Assembly: GCA_002269645.1 (NCBI GenBank)
Contig: NIVC01000778.1
Span: 62,001 to 126,000, forward strand
DNA length: 64,000 nucleotides
Source: Macrostomum lignano
Lineage: Eukaryota
Direction: 5' to 3'
In this document: positions 40,409 through 53,800 of the stretch, one piece after another
Position numbering within the stretch: position 1 is the first letter of the stretch
Layout of the letters: every line of letters starts with the position of its first letter
Notes under the pieces: model-generated
Database searches by the model: none
What the model saw: the letters and a program-made list of their open reading frames with translations, nothing else
Told to the model about the DNA's origin: nothing
Translations under genes and position numbers: made by a program

Positions 40409-41624
40409 ATTCTGCTCGCCAAAGTTCCGGCTAGCATGAAAAAAGAAGAAAAAAACAGATGTGAACTGACTTTTTCGCCTACTTATAAGTAGAAACCTAC
40501 GGGTTTTATATGCTCAAACATGGAAAAATTCTTAATGTTCAGTGTATACTACTTATTATTATCAACAGTAGCTAAATAGGTAAATAATGAGCCACGAAGG
40601 CGAAACGCATTTAACGCACAAAAAAGAAAGAACAGCAATACAAGTACGATGTAGAATTTATTCAAAGCGATTCGGCATTTTTATCGGTAAACTTCTTTAT
40701 AGAATTAATCTAAGGTATTACAGTAACAGACTTGGGATGCCAGGGATACTGGCCATTTATATTTTTACTTTTATCAAACGAGTTTTAATTAGCGACTATT
40801 AATAATCATTAAAAAGCACAAAATTTTCGCAAATGTAATGTTTATTTCCGATATCTATTTATAAATAAAGACAGTATGTAAGCAGAGACAGAGTGCTTAG
40901 AGTGCGTCAGATTTAAAATCTTAATAAGCAATAATAATGATAATGTTTAAATCAAGTTTTAATATTACGTATACTACAACATAGTACAAAATTTATTTAT
41001 AAAATACAAAAAGCACATACAATGTACAAACGAATAATTAATATAAACATTTTTTATGAATACTTCGATTGCTAAAACGTCACTTACTGGTTAGTGTCAA
41101 AAATAATCAAATTATTGTATTAGTTGGTTTTATTTATTTACAAAACAGAGAGAACCTGTCGACTGTGGTACAGTTTTAGTCGATCTAATTATCTATATAG
41201 CAGCAAAGACGCGAAAAAATGAGTGAAAAATAACAAATCAGAGAAAGAAACACAAAACTCGTTTTAAACTGTCAAATAAAAGGATAGGTACCAGTAATTA
41301 GCGAACTTTGACAGTAAAATATTATCACTAGAATACGTTTAAAAAATCAGACAGACTGCTAGTAGGACTTACAAAGTACATGGTGACCTTTAACTACAGG
41401 ATTTTTTAAGAAATCTTTTAAAAGACGCCTGTTTGTTTATTGCTTATTAAGAAATCTTCTCATTTTGAATAAACAACAAAAAGCGAGAAATCCGCACTTT
41501 TGTTAGTTATACTTCTTTATAAAAAAATGCATGTAACAAATATTTTAAGCACATTTATATATATACTACTATAAATAAGCAGTTGTTTCATCTAGGGGTT
41601 GGCAACCGTTTTTAACTCTAAGAG

Positions 41625-41785
41625 AGAGGAGAGTAGACGAGAGGAGATGAGATGAAAGGAGATGAGAGAGAAGTGAGAGGGAAGGAGAGAGGAGAGGAGA
41701 TGAGATGAGAGGGAAGTAAGAGAAGAGGAGAGGAGATGAGAGGAGATGAGATGAGAGGAGAGGAGAGAAGAGGAGAGAAGAAAAA
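41625..41785. repeat. GA-rich low-complexity tract
   Basis: GAGAG/GAGAT pentamers. Confidence 0.8.
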
Positions 41786-41953
41786 GAGTTGAAATTAGAG
41801 AAAAGAGAGTTCATACTCTTTCAGACTGAGAAAAGACAGACTTGAAAAGCGGGCAATCTCCTGCATGACTTAATCAGTAGTTTATACGAACATAAGCACT
41901 GTTATGTAATAATTGACAGGTTCGCAAACTAAAAAGTTATTTAAACTAGCAAA

Positions 41954-44900
41954 TTAGGCTTGCTCTAAGCATTCTCTAATAGCGGCAATAGCTTGGGCCA
42001 ATTTAATGGCCGGGCCCAATGGCATTTTGAGTATGCTCAACAGATCCACCTGTTGCAGGTGTAGAAACGCATCGCCGTCAATCTCTTCAACAATGAAAGA
42101 GTCGGCGAAAGGTTCGCAGCCGGGTAGTTGACGTAATAAGTCGCTAGTTTCGGCTACGGACCATCTGGGCACTTCAGACACGTCAATACTAGCTAGAGAA
42201 GGTATGAGCTGAGTGTGCTCAGGCCACACCAACGGCCCAGTGTCTTTGCAAGGATCGTATTGAGAAATGCTAGGCGAAAATACGCTCCGATAGAATGGAC
42301 AACCGGGCGAGCCGGGACGCTGATGATGAGGCGATGCTTGGCGACTAGACTGATTTGGAAATGCCGAGTTGCCCTGGGACGATCGTTTGTTCGATAATTT
42401 AGATCCTCGAATAGGTTGCTGATCATTCGACTGCTGAGCTCCACCAGAGGCAGCTTCATCAGCCTCCAATTCTAATCTGTCAGGCAATTCCCGATGCCAG
42501 TTCCGTTCAGCGTAGGGGCAGCTTTTAATGCTTGAATGACTTTTATAACCCGGCCCTTTGACGTGGCCTAGGCCGCGGCAGCCAACGGTTGGACAGGTGA
42601 ACTTCTCGCTATCGTGCCAGGTAGGCAGCGGCTCTAAGGGATGGCCGGTTCGATGACAATAGCCAACTGGCAGCAGCTCCATCGAGCTGTCCAGCGTGAT
42701 GAAAGCGAATTTCTCGCCCCAGCCGTCCGGTAGGATTTGTAGAAATCCCGGATAAGGATTGGGATCAACTACGGTGCCAATGCGGACTAGGCGAGTGTTG
42801 CGAGGATCAACGAATTCCAGCTTCATGCCCAGATCGAATGGGATCGGTTGGCGAGGCCGGAATGCGGCCGGCATCACCGGTTCCGAACAGGTGCTCTCCA
42901 GGTAGCGATCCCAGGTGAACACCTGGGGATTGGCATTGTTATCAGTTAAATTAGATATGACATGAAGAATTGGGCACCATTCTTAGTGAGGATTAGCGAT
43001 TCGAAATGAGGATTAGCGATTTAAAATGGGAATTAGCGATTCAAAATGGGAATTAGCGATTTCTAATAAGGATTAGCGATTCCCAGTGAGGATTAGCGAT
43101 TCCCAGTGAGGATTAGCGATTCCTTAATGATGCTTAGCGATACCTAATGAGGATTAGCGATTCCTAATGAGGATTAGCGATTCCTAATGAGGTTTAGCAA
43201 TTCCTAATGAGGATTAGCGATTTCCAAAGAGGATTAGCGATTCCTAATGATGATTAGCGATACCTAATGAGGACTAGCGATTCCTAATGAGGTTTAGCAA
43301 TTCCTAATGAGGATTAGCGATTCCTTATGAGGATTAGCGATTCCTAATGAGGTTTAGCAATTCCTAATGAGGATTAGCGATACCTAATGAGGATTAGCGA
43401 TACCTAATGAAGACTAGCGATTCCTAATGAGGTTTAGCAATTCCTAATGAGGATTAGCGATTTCTAATGATGATTAGCGATACCTAATGAGGACTAGCGA
43501 TACCTAATGAGGACTAGCGATTCCTAATGAGGTTTAGCAATTCCTAATGAGGATTAGCGATTTCTAATGATGATTAGCGATACCTAATGAGGACTAGCGA
43601 TTCCTAATGAGGTTTAGCAATTCCTAATGAGGATTAGCGATCTCATAATGAGGATTAGCGATACCTAATGAGGATTAGCGATTCTTAATGAGGTTAAGCA
43701 ACTCCTAATGAGGATTAGCGATTTCCAAAGAGGATTAGCGATTCCTAATGAGGTTTAGCAATTCCTAATGAGGATTAGCGATACCTAATGAGGATTAGCG
43801 ATACCTAATGAAGACTAGCGATTCCTAATGAGGTTTAGCAATTCCTAATGAGGATTAGCGATTTCTAATGATGATTAGCGATACCTAATGAGGATTAGCG
43901 ATACCTAATGAGGACTAGCGATTCCTAATGAGGTTTAGCAATTCCTAATGAGGATTAGCGATTTCTAATGATGATTAGCGATACCTAATGAGGACTAGCG
44001 ATACCTAATGAGGACTAGCGATTCCTAATGAGGTTTAGCAATTCCTAATGAGGATTAGCGATTTCTAATGATGATTAGCGATACCTAATGAGGACTAGCG
44101 ATTCCTAATGAGGTTTAGCAATTCCTAATGAGGATTAGCGATCTCATAATAAGGATTAGCGATACCTAATGAGGATTAGCGATTCTTAATGAGGTTAAGC
44201 AACTCCTAATGAGGATTAGCGATTTCCAAAGAGGATTAGCGATTCCTAATGATGATTTGCGATACCTAATGAGGTTTAGCAATTCCTAATGAGGATTAGC
44301 GATCTCATAATGAGGATTAGCGATACCTAATGAGGATTAGCGATTCTTAATGAGGTTAAGCAACTCCTAATGAGGATTAGCGATTTCCAAAGAGGATTAG
44401 CGATTCCTAATGATGATTTGCGATACCTAATGAGGTTTAGCAATTCCTAATGAGGATTAGCGATTTCCAAAGAGGATTAGCGATTCCTAATAATGAGGAT
44501 TAGCGCTTCAAAATGGGAATTAGCGATTTCTAATAAGGATTAGCGATTCCCAGTGAGGATTAGCGATTCCCAGTGAGGATTAGCGATTCCCAGTGAGGAT
44601 TAGCGATTCCCAGTGAGGATTAGCGATTCCTTAATGATGCTTAGCGATACCTAATGAGGATTAGCGATACCTAATGAGGATTAGCGATTCCTAATGAGGT
44701 TTAGCAATTCCTAATGAGGATTAGCGATTTCTAATGATGATTAGCGATACCTAATGAGGACTAGCGATTCCTAATGAGGTTTAGCAATTCCTAATGAGGA
44801 TTAGCGATCTCCTAATGAGGATTAGCGATACCTAATGAGGATTAGCGTTTCCTAATGAGGTTAGCAACTCCTAATGAGGATTAGCGATTTCCAAAGAGGA

Positions 44901-47900
44901 TTAGCGATTCCTAATGATAATTAGCGATACCTAATGAGGATTAGCGATTCCTAATGAGGTTTAGCAATTCCTAATGAGGATTAGCGATTTCCAAAGAGGA
45001 TTAGCGATTCCTAATGATGATTTGCGATACCTAATGAGGATTAGCGATTCCTAATGAGGATTAGCGATTCCTATTAAGGATTAACGACTCCTATTGAGGA
45101 TTAGCGTCAATTTAACGACTCCTATTGAGGATTAGCGATTCCCAATTCATAAAAATGGCATGTATTGAGACGAGAGCCGCACTCACCTGCCGGCACCACT
45201 CCTCGGGCAGTGACAGAGCTCTGTCGTGCTGCTCGCACCAGCCCACAGGGTGTATAGTTGGCGAATCAACTTTAGTCCAAAAGTCGTACGTGTTATCCCA
45301 ACCGTCGAAATGGATGCATATCCGATTGGCCATTACTATAGCAACGGTTGCTACGCAGATGTGATCGGGATTGCGCGGATCCACGGCTTCCAGTTTTTGG
45401 CCTTCGGAGAAAAAGTGATCGGGCAGCGGGAGATCCCAGGGCACAGAAAATAGGCACCTGTTGAATTGCAAGCATGTAATAAATCATATCGTACATTCGG
45501 AATATCTGTCTATAATTTTCCAGACTCGATTTGACTTTTTGCCATACGAATCTCTTTCGCGAATCTATCGTAGTATCGATTTGGATCCCAAGTTTTTGCC
45601 AGGATCCCGGTATTTCAAGATTTGGGGCCCCAGGATTTCGGGATTTCGGATCCTGAGATTTGAGATCCCGGGATTTCGAGATTGGGATTCAGGGATTTCG
45701 GGATTTAGAATTTCGGCAATTGGGATTTTAGGATTCGGGATCTTGGGATCCCGTGGTTTCGGGATTTCGGATCCCTGGATTTCGGGATTAGGGATCCCGT
45801 GGTTTCGGGAATTGGGATCTCCGAATTTTGGGATTTGGGATTTCGGGATTTAGGATCCCGTGGTTTAGGGATTTTGAATTTTGGGATTAGGGATCCCGTG
45901 GTTTCAGGAATTGGGATCCCTGCCAATTTCGGGATTTTGGGATCCTGTGGCTTCGGAAATTGGGATCCCCGGATTTCGGGATTTTGGATTTTTGGGATTA
46001 GGGATCCTATGGTTTCGGATTTTGGATCCCTGGATATTTTGGAATTTGGGATCCTGGGATTTCAGTATTCGGGATCCCCGTTGTTTTGGTGCTAGGATTC
46101 TGACTGTGAAACGATGTCGCCAAAGGCGTTGCGCCAGGGTGCCAGCAGCCCTCCTGTGTATAGTATATTACAGTGATACACTATTTTATATTACTATAGT
46201 GTATGCATATTCAACACGAACCTTGGCACTGCTCGCAGCTTATTAGTCATAATATAATCGAACCAATTGAAACTGCCAGCCTCGTAGCCTTTAGGCGGCT
46301 GCAACGGGAATCCATTGTGCTTAGCCCAGCCAACCGGAAACAGGAAGGGCGAATCCGCACTGCACCAAAAGTCGTGCAACTCTGTGTAGCCTTCAAAATG
46401 CAACCGCAGCCTGCAGCCCTGAATTTCGCTAATACTTAAACAACAAATCAACGACTCGTGACACGGATCGACGCCTTCCAGCACCATGCCGAGTTCGAAC
46501 TCCGGCATACGATTCCTAATCAGATGCGAATGAGTCGAAAAGAAGCGCTCCGGTGCCGCTTGGCTAGTTGTGTCTTTCAGATACTTTTTCCACAGGAACA
46601 CGCCATTTGGGGCGTGGTATTTGCCTGCCTGTTCAACGTCAACTTGACAGATTTGGAATCGTTTCTGCTTCTGCTGCTGTTGCTGCTGTTGCAGATCATT
46701 GGCGCTGCTATCCTCGCTGCGTTTCCGTTTCCGACACACATTAATAAACGCAGTGGTAATAGGCGGCAACTTTGAGCACGATTCTGTGCAATATTCGCCT
46801 GCTCCGTCTAATGAGCCGCGAATTTGGCCTTCAGAGCCGCAGCTACGACAGACGAATCGCTGCTCACCGCTGCCGCCATTCGGCTGGCCTAAATTAGCCA
46901 ATGACACATGCCGATCGTCAGTTACCATGGGAACAGTGGAACCGCTCGAGTCTCTATCGGCGCTAGTGTGCCTACTACGCAAATCGGCTTCCTCGTCAGT
47001 GAAATCGTCTTCTAATAACTCTAAAATGCCGTTAGTCTTACGGAAACGCAACCCGGTGCCAGGTAAATAGCCGCAATCGTCTTGCCAGATTAAATCTTCA
47101 CCAACGCTAGCTGGTGAATGGCACAGACGCGAATTTAATTGAGCGTGTGGATCTAGAGATTTAATCTCTTTGTCAAAGTCTATAGGAGTTGGCGACGGCG
47201 GTCGAGGCTGCGGCTGGGGCGGCGGCGGCGGCTCATTCTTTGGCTGCTGCTGTGTCACAGGCGTACCAGGCAAAGTGCCATTAACAATGACAGTTGGACG
47301 AGAATTCGACTGCGCAGATGGAGAAGGAGCCAAACGCTGTTGCTGTTGCGGAGTCTTTGGCCTAGTCTTCTGTATAAGCTTTGAGGCCATTTCTGATAAA
47401 TCCAACTGTGCTTGAGCTTGAGTAGCGCACGACTTTGATGGCTTCTTATCAGATGCTGAAGCTCTTTGCTGCTGCTGTTGTTGTACTCCTCTTTTAGAAG
47501 ACAATTCGCTCATTTCTACAACCACAGGCTTTGGCAGAGGCTGTTTTTGTTGCTGCCTAAACGGTGCAATTGGTCTAAATGCGCTAAACCGAGCACTACT
47601 ATTAGTAGCAGTAATGCTGGCTACCGAGACCTTTGTAACAGTAGTTGTAGAGGCCACTGTAGACGCTGGCCTAGCTTGAAAAACTGATATGATACCAGGA
47701 GAAGATACGCTTACAGCAAGTGGCATCTGGGCAATGGAGACGGCTGTAACTTCTGGAGGAAGCGACGTTTGCTGAATACCAAAGCCAGACTGCTGCTGCG
47801 GCTGCTGGAGCGGTGGCACTCGGCAAACAGGAAGTGGAGCGGCCACAGTTGTCACTCTCGGCGATATTGGCAGACGATTAGACTGTTGAGTCTGAGCAGA

Positions 47901-48710
47901 CTGTTGCTGCTTATTAGAGGAACTCGAACTAGACGAAGCCGACGATTTCTTAGAAAGATCGTAAACAACGTTATTAGAATTGGACGACAATGAGATAACA
48001 TCCGAATAGACTGTTTTAGTAACGTGAGCCGGTTGTATAAAAGCGGGAGTTGATTGCTGGTGAGCAATAGCTGTTTGCCTGCTTACTGGCTGCACTGCTG
48101 GCTTAGCGGCTATCAGCTGATGATGCGAATGATGAAGCTGCTTCGGCGGCGGCGGCGGTGGAGGTGGAGGAGGAGGAGGCGCCGGAGCTGATAAAAGCCT
48201 TGGTGGCGCTACGTAAGGCGCCGGTCTAAGCGCGGGCGGCGTTGACCAAATTGACGCCACAGCTGCTGCAAACTGCTGAGCCTGCTGCTGCTGCTGCTGC
48301 TGCTGTGAGGTATGCTGACGATGATGGTGATGATGGTGTGGAGAAGAGAGCGGCGGCTGCAACTGCTGCTGCTGAGGCGTCGGTCGCGGAAGCAGAGGCG
48401 GCAACGGTGAGGCGGCAGCAGCGGCAACTGCAGCCGCTGCGGCCATATTAGGTAAGGAGGCGTAGGGCGACATAGACACTGCATAGGGTAGCTGAGATCG
48501 CTGTTGCTGCTGCTGCTGCAGATGCTGATGAAGCTGCAGAGCGGCAGCCTGAGCAGGCTGAATTGGTGTCAGAGCAGGAGGCAATGGACAGTTGGCAGTG
48601 ACAGGCGCATGATGCTGCAGATGACTAGCACTAGTTGGACGCGGTGCGAGAGCCGGCGGATGGCTTGTCCGATCCCGATGATGATGCTGCTGATTTGAAC
48701 GAGGTTCCAT
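41954..48710 (-). CDS. L3MBTL: Lethal(3)malignant brain tumour-like protein, ~1242 aa (low-complexity N-terminus, FCS-type finger, 3 MBT, C2HC finger, SAM); exons 48710..46222, 45457..45187, 42922..41954
   Basis: Three MBT repeats (LEGVDP..LHFEGY..DFW..PVGW; LEAVDPRNP..HFDGWDNTYDFW..PVGW; LEFVDPRN..PVGY), CPTVGCRGLGH..H..C, and a SAM domain (WSVAETSDLL..EEIDGDAFLHL..LGPAIKL). Junctions are canonical (phase 2, then phase 0). The acceptor TTTTCCAG|TCAC lies 4 nt before the ATG, so upstream coding exons are possible. Confidence 0.92.
42985..45140. repeat. 20-bp satellite, ~105 copies, filling L3MBTL intron 2
   Basis: Unit AGGATTAGCGATTCCTAATG. Confidence 0.97.
45590..46080. repeat. Degenerate GGGATTT/GGGATCCC repeat in L3MBTL intron 1
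   Basis: Short 7-9 bp units with no strict period. Confidence 0.8.
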
Positions 48711-49025
48711 GTGACTGGAAAACCAAAGTATCAAATTTTATATTTAAAAACTGTCAGAGATATAGCCTACTGATTAGTAGCAAAGAAAGAATATTTATTG
48801 CAAGGGATTGGAAAACTTTTTTACTTCAATGGCAAGATAGATGAGAGAGAAGATAAGAAAGCTGAAAGAGACACAAACCTTAGGTGGGCCAGATTGTCAT
48901 TGTAAAGTTTTAAAGGACCCAAGGGCCAGGTAGAGGCTTTGTAGGCTGCATGTGGCCTATATCTGAATTTTTTACAGATCATTGATATATTGAATCCAAA
49001 AAATAATAAAAACTGCAGCTAATAA

Positions 49026-49195
49026 CATACATGCGCAACTTTGGGATTCACCCGGCCATTTCTATTGGCAACACACGCATGTAAGTCACTATTGGACAGA
49101 ACAGTAGTCACGACTGCTCTCAGCCAATAGCGACTTACATGCGTGTGTTGCCAATAGAAACGGCCGGGTGAATCCCAAGGTTGCGCCCAAGCATG
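49026..49195. mobile_element. 170-bp fold-back hAT-type MITE (family 2)
   Basis: Near-perfect palindrome (arms ~57/60 identical); 8-bp TSD GCTAATAA at 49018-49025 and 49196-49203. Confidence 0.88.
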
Positions 49196-49352
49196 GCTAA
49201 TAACATAAAATGAAATGGAACTTGAGGATTGATATGGCTTTTTCTATTGGCAAAATGGTATATGTAAGTTACTATTATAAATTTTTTATTATTAGACCTA
49301 TATGTAACTTGCCATGAGGATGGTCAAGGACTAATAGTCATATATGCCCAAC

Positions 49353-49683
49353 CTGGGTTTTTTTCGTCTGAGCTCAAAATCTAGTTGCCAATTGCCATCC
49401 TCAGTTGCCAACTGGCAACTGACCTATTTCAGTGTCCCACTTTATAAAGTTGTTTTTGCAACAATTTTCACACATTGATGAAAAAATAATATGCTCAAAT
49501 CAGCTCAGGCTTTAGGTTTTCAGCCAAGCCAATCTTAGCAGTAATAAAATGTGACGACTGTTTTATCATTGGCAACTGCCTTGGTTCAAGTTGGTTGCCA
49601 GATTGGTCTCTGATGCCACAAATCCAGTTGCCAATGGCTTTTTTGGTTAGCCAGTGGCTACTGTATGGCCTAAAAAAACCTAG
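49353..49683. mobile_element. 331-bp hAT-type MITE (family 3)
   Basis: Ends CTGGGTTTTTTT / AAAAAAACCTAG; flanks TGCCCAAC / TGCCTAAC (8 bp, 1 mismatch); internal GTTGCC/GGCAAC motifs shared with 26860-27229. Confidence 0.7.
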
Positions 49684-50563
49684 TGCCTAACAACTGGCTA
49701 ACCCTGCTGATTCAACTAGGTGGAAGGTCTGGTCTAGCTAAGAGGTCTAGCCAAGATAAGTTGCAAAAATGCCAACCCAAAAAAATGGACAAAAAGAGGG
49801 GAAAAAGAATAACAGAGGGAAAATGAGAGGCAGAGAAAGAAAAAATGAAGGGAAACAAAAAGAAAAACCCTGTTGCAACCAAGGGCAACTAAGTTGTAGC
49901 CAGAGGCAATTAAGTAAGCTGAAGGCAATTGAGTTGCAACAAGTAGCAACTAAGTTGCACTGCCTAGTGGAAATTTGTTTCATGTTTAATTCATTTATTT
50001 GTAACATTCTTTAGTGATAAAAAGAGCTTATTATATATTCAAAAAGCAAAATCAATAATTAAAGTGAAAGGTATAGAAAAATGGAAAATAATGAAGAAAA
50101 GTAAGGAGTACATTACAAGAAGATAAAAGAAAGCTCTTATTAATGGGACCCCAAAAAGATCATTTTTATAACCTCCAAAAAAGGTCCATCTTTGTTGTAA
50201 TCCCAAAAGTTGCAATTTTTGGAAAAAAATTAAGTCATATTAGCTAAGTGAAACTCTAAAGTTGGCTATGCCTATATATGCTAATAGTACAATGGTGCCC
50301 TATAAACTGGGTGATGAATCCTTTAAAGACAAGGCACTCCAGTTGCCTATCTAAGCTCAATGTCATTGCTTAGTAGCCTGCCTTGCTCATCAAAGCTGAG
50401 CCACATCTCACAACATATGGAATGGGCCATGGCAAAATACTTCAAGGAAAGAAAATAGATAGGGCCTATGGCACTGCTCATAGGCCTAATAGGCCTACTC
50501 TGACCTCATTGCTTATGCTCCACCCATTGCCAGTCTAGCTAGCTGCATAGGCCTTATTCAAGT

Positions 50564-50862
50564 GGCAATGGCTAGAGTTCTAGCATTAGAACCCATTTTC
50601 TAATCCTAATGGCTATGGATCTGGCAGTGATATTCCAGTAGTGCAATTTATAGGTTAGGTATATAGTATAGCATAGCAGAAACATTTTACTTTTTAATGG
50701 GTGGATTTTGTTCAAGATAAGATCAAAACAAAACAAGATTCAAAACAAGATACTTCTAATGTTCAAAGACTTCATTATATATTAGATAACTGCTTGCAGA
50801 AGACTGCCAGATCCATAGCCATTAGAAAACAGGTTCCAGTGCCCAAACTCTAGTCATTACCC
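50564..50862. mobile_element. 299-bp MITE with ~60-bp imperfect TIRs (family 4)
   Basis: AATGGCTAGAG..CTAATGGCTATGGATCTGGCAGT is mirrored at the right end; 8-bp direct repeat ATTCAAGT at 50556-50563 and 50863-50870. Confidence 0.75.
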
Positions 50863-53800
50863 ATTCAAGTCGGGTTTGTGCATTCTAATATACAAAGCTG
50901 TCCAACTAGCACATATGGCGCACTGCGCACATACAGCGCAGAGGTGGGGCAAAGATTGTCCCTCTAAAATTTATTCCAGCACACCTGCGCCATCTTTCTT
51001 GGCTTTCTGACCAGGCCTATAGGCTATGATGGTTCTAGACCAATTTTGCCAAAAGGCATTGCCTAACGTAATTAGTTGAGTGATTTTGGTAGTTAGGGCT
51101 ACAGAAAAATTACAGGTCGTTAACTGCTTTTTTGTCATTTAATTTACCACTGTTCTGATTTTTGGGTGCGATTTTGCAACCTAATTTTAACTTTAAGATG
51201 GAACAGTGATTAGTGAACTTTCGGATGCTATTCGCTACTGCTAAAAAACGACGCTGTCATGACTACTTCATCAAGATATATGTATATAATTTAAAGTTAA
51301 ATATAACAACTGTTTAATTTTATTAAAAAGTTAAAACATAATGTAATATAAATATCTGTAAAAAACTAGCTTAATCCGTAAACTAAAAATATAACGCGCT
51401 TAAAACCTTATTAAATGTATTTTTCAATCTTCTTTGGCTTTTTTGTACTTAGATGCTGTGATTTAGTTATAGTCGATAAAAGCAAAGATAAAATCAAGCC
51501 GTGACGCCAACGCTAGTAAAACCATTTTAAAAAAGCACAACCATCGCTATTGTTGATCATCGTTGAACAAAGCGTTACCCTCTGAGTGGAGCATATTCGG
51601 GAATAATATGAATTCAAACGGAAAATTAACCATCGATGTTTTGCGGTTATTATTATTAATTAACAAAGCAGACAACTGAATAGAATAACCCTCTACTATA
51701 TACAATCGATTTTCTGATAAATGAGCTGGAGGCTAGAAGTAGAATGGAGCATATATTTGGCAAATCGCTAGTTAAATAAGCATGCTCTAGAGAAAGCATA
51801 GCGTTGAAGGGAGTTTTGTATAGACTGCTAAATCGGTCGGGATCAAATAATTGTAGTGAGTCGCTAGTTTAGTTAGGCGCCGCACTAGTCAGCTGCCTCC
51901 CTCGCCCTCGCCCCAGGCTTCTGTCTGCCACTGGGCAGTTGCCTGTCCCTTCCCGCCTGTCCTCTGGCCTGTCCATTTCCCGTTTGCCTGTCTGTCTGGT
52001 TGTCCTCGTTTGCCCCCGTTTGCCTCGTGTTCCCGTCTTGCAGTGCCCAGACAGCTTGGTCTGGCCTGCCTCTGTTTCGTTCTCTGTCTGGCATCTCCAA
52101 ATTTGGAGTGCCGTTCTGTTTTCCGGTCCAAGATCACGAGTGCCTTCACTTGTGGGCCTTTTTCCCCCTGTCATGTGAGCCAGTCACCTGACAGGGCCTT
52201 CTTCCTTATTTAGTCCAAAGTGCAATGATTTCATCATTGTACGCCGGGCTCGTGTTTATGGGGCCATCACGTGCGCCAGGACCCCATCCTCTGAGGCAGA
52301 ACCCGCTCGCTTTTTGCTAAAAATAGCATCAGAGTCAGACATGACTCTCAGCGGGGGGTCTTTCGTTTAATGGTGCAATCGATTCTCCCTAAATGCGGCC
52401 CCTCTCTTGGCTTGGTTCAGTCAACCCTTTCTCCCGTTCAAGCCTTCTTTCCTTGCGAGCCCGTTTCCTAGTCCGCGCTCCTTTCTCTCAGTCTCAGCCC
52501 GAGTCTCTAAGTTTTGTGATTAAGTTGAACTCCCAAGTTTGCCTGACTTTGAGTGTGCTTGCTTCTGTTGTTCCTGCTATCTATTAGCAGGACAGCTTAG
52601 CTTTCCCGAAGCTAGCACCATCACTCTACCCTCGCACTAGCTCGGCAGGGACTGCTGACTGTGGACGCTTCTGCTCGAGAACTGCTAAACCTGCACAAAG
52701 TGCTAGACTTTCTCTCTTGTCTTAATCATTTGCTTCTACGAGCTCAGTACCTCACCGAAGGCTGCGGCTCTGCGAAGCTGGTGGCAGCACTACCTACGCT
52801 AAGAGTATCAATTCTAAGAAATCGCCAGCTAGAGGTCATCACCGCCCAGCGCTAGGTCTGCCCGGCCGCCCAAGACAGCCCGAGAACGCCAGCAGTACTC
52901 CCTAGGTGGCAGCGATTCTACTGGAGACTTGCGAGAGCACCCGCAAGATAACAACTAAACAACATATACTTCATTGGTGGCACCGGTGGGATTTCAAGAC
53001 CTACCAGGCCATCCTGGCCACCTCTAAGCAGCACTAAAAGTACAACCATTACAATGTAATTTAAGAGCCGACAAAAGAACTTGAAAAAACGTCGGCCAGA
53101 CGTCGCCGAGGTCGAATTGCTGTACGGGATTTCAGCGGGACGCCTCTGCATTTGTTTTGTGATAGTACACTGACGGTCTTGCACTGCTTCGCTTTCAACC
53201 ATGGAAGTCATGATAATGAATAATGCAGTTTCAGACTGTTTCAGACAATGGATAATGTCTGGACACCAGGACAGGGCAATATCCTTGGCAACGAATCAAT
53301 TAGTGGTACTGGACTGGACCAACTCGCCAAACGAGGCAGCACTCCGGGCGGAGCGGCATCGCTCTATCAAGTTACACGACCTTAATTAGCCCGAAATCCT
53401 CTGAGTTCACAAATACATGTAGTTTTGATCCATCAAACACCCTTGCAGTTACAATGGATCGAACAACTGCTCCGAACATCGGCAAACACGAATAGCAATG
53501 CCTGTCATAAACTGGAAAGGACGTAAAAATGCAGACCTCAGAGATGTGCAAGTACATGTACATGGTCACTACCGGTCATGGCTTCTTCCGGAGACATTTC
53601 ACTACCGACCAAACCGACGTCCGTCCGTGATCAACACCATGACCTACGCGCATTCGTCCAGGGAGTCTCGCAAGCTCTTCTGCATTGCTGCTGACGAAGG
53701 AGGGCGCAGCCCCAAGGCTAACGCCTTTCTGTTTTTGGCTTGGGGGTTGCGATAGGGGCCTCTCGGCCTTGAGCCTCCCCCCGTCAGCAGTGGTATTATA

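Noticed and set aside
45590-46080. GGGATCCC-rich tract as an expanded copy of the 29519 MITE
   Set aside because: Only short internal motifs are shared, and no matching TIR or TSD was found at the tract ends.
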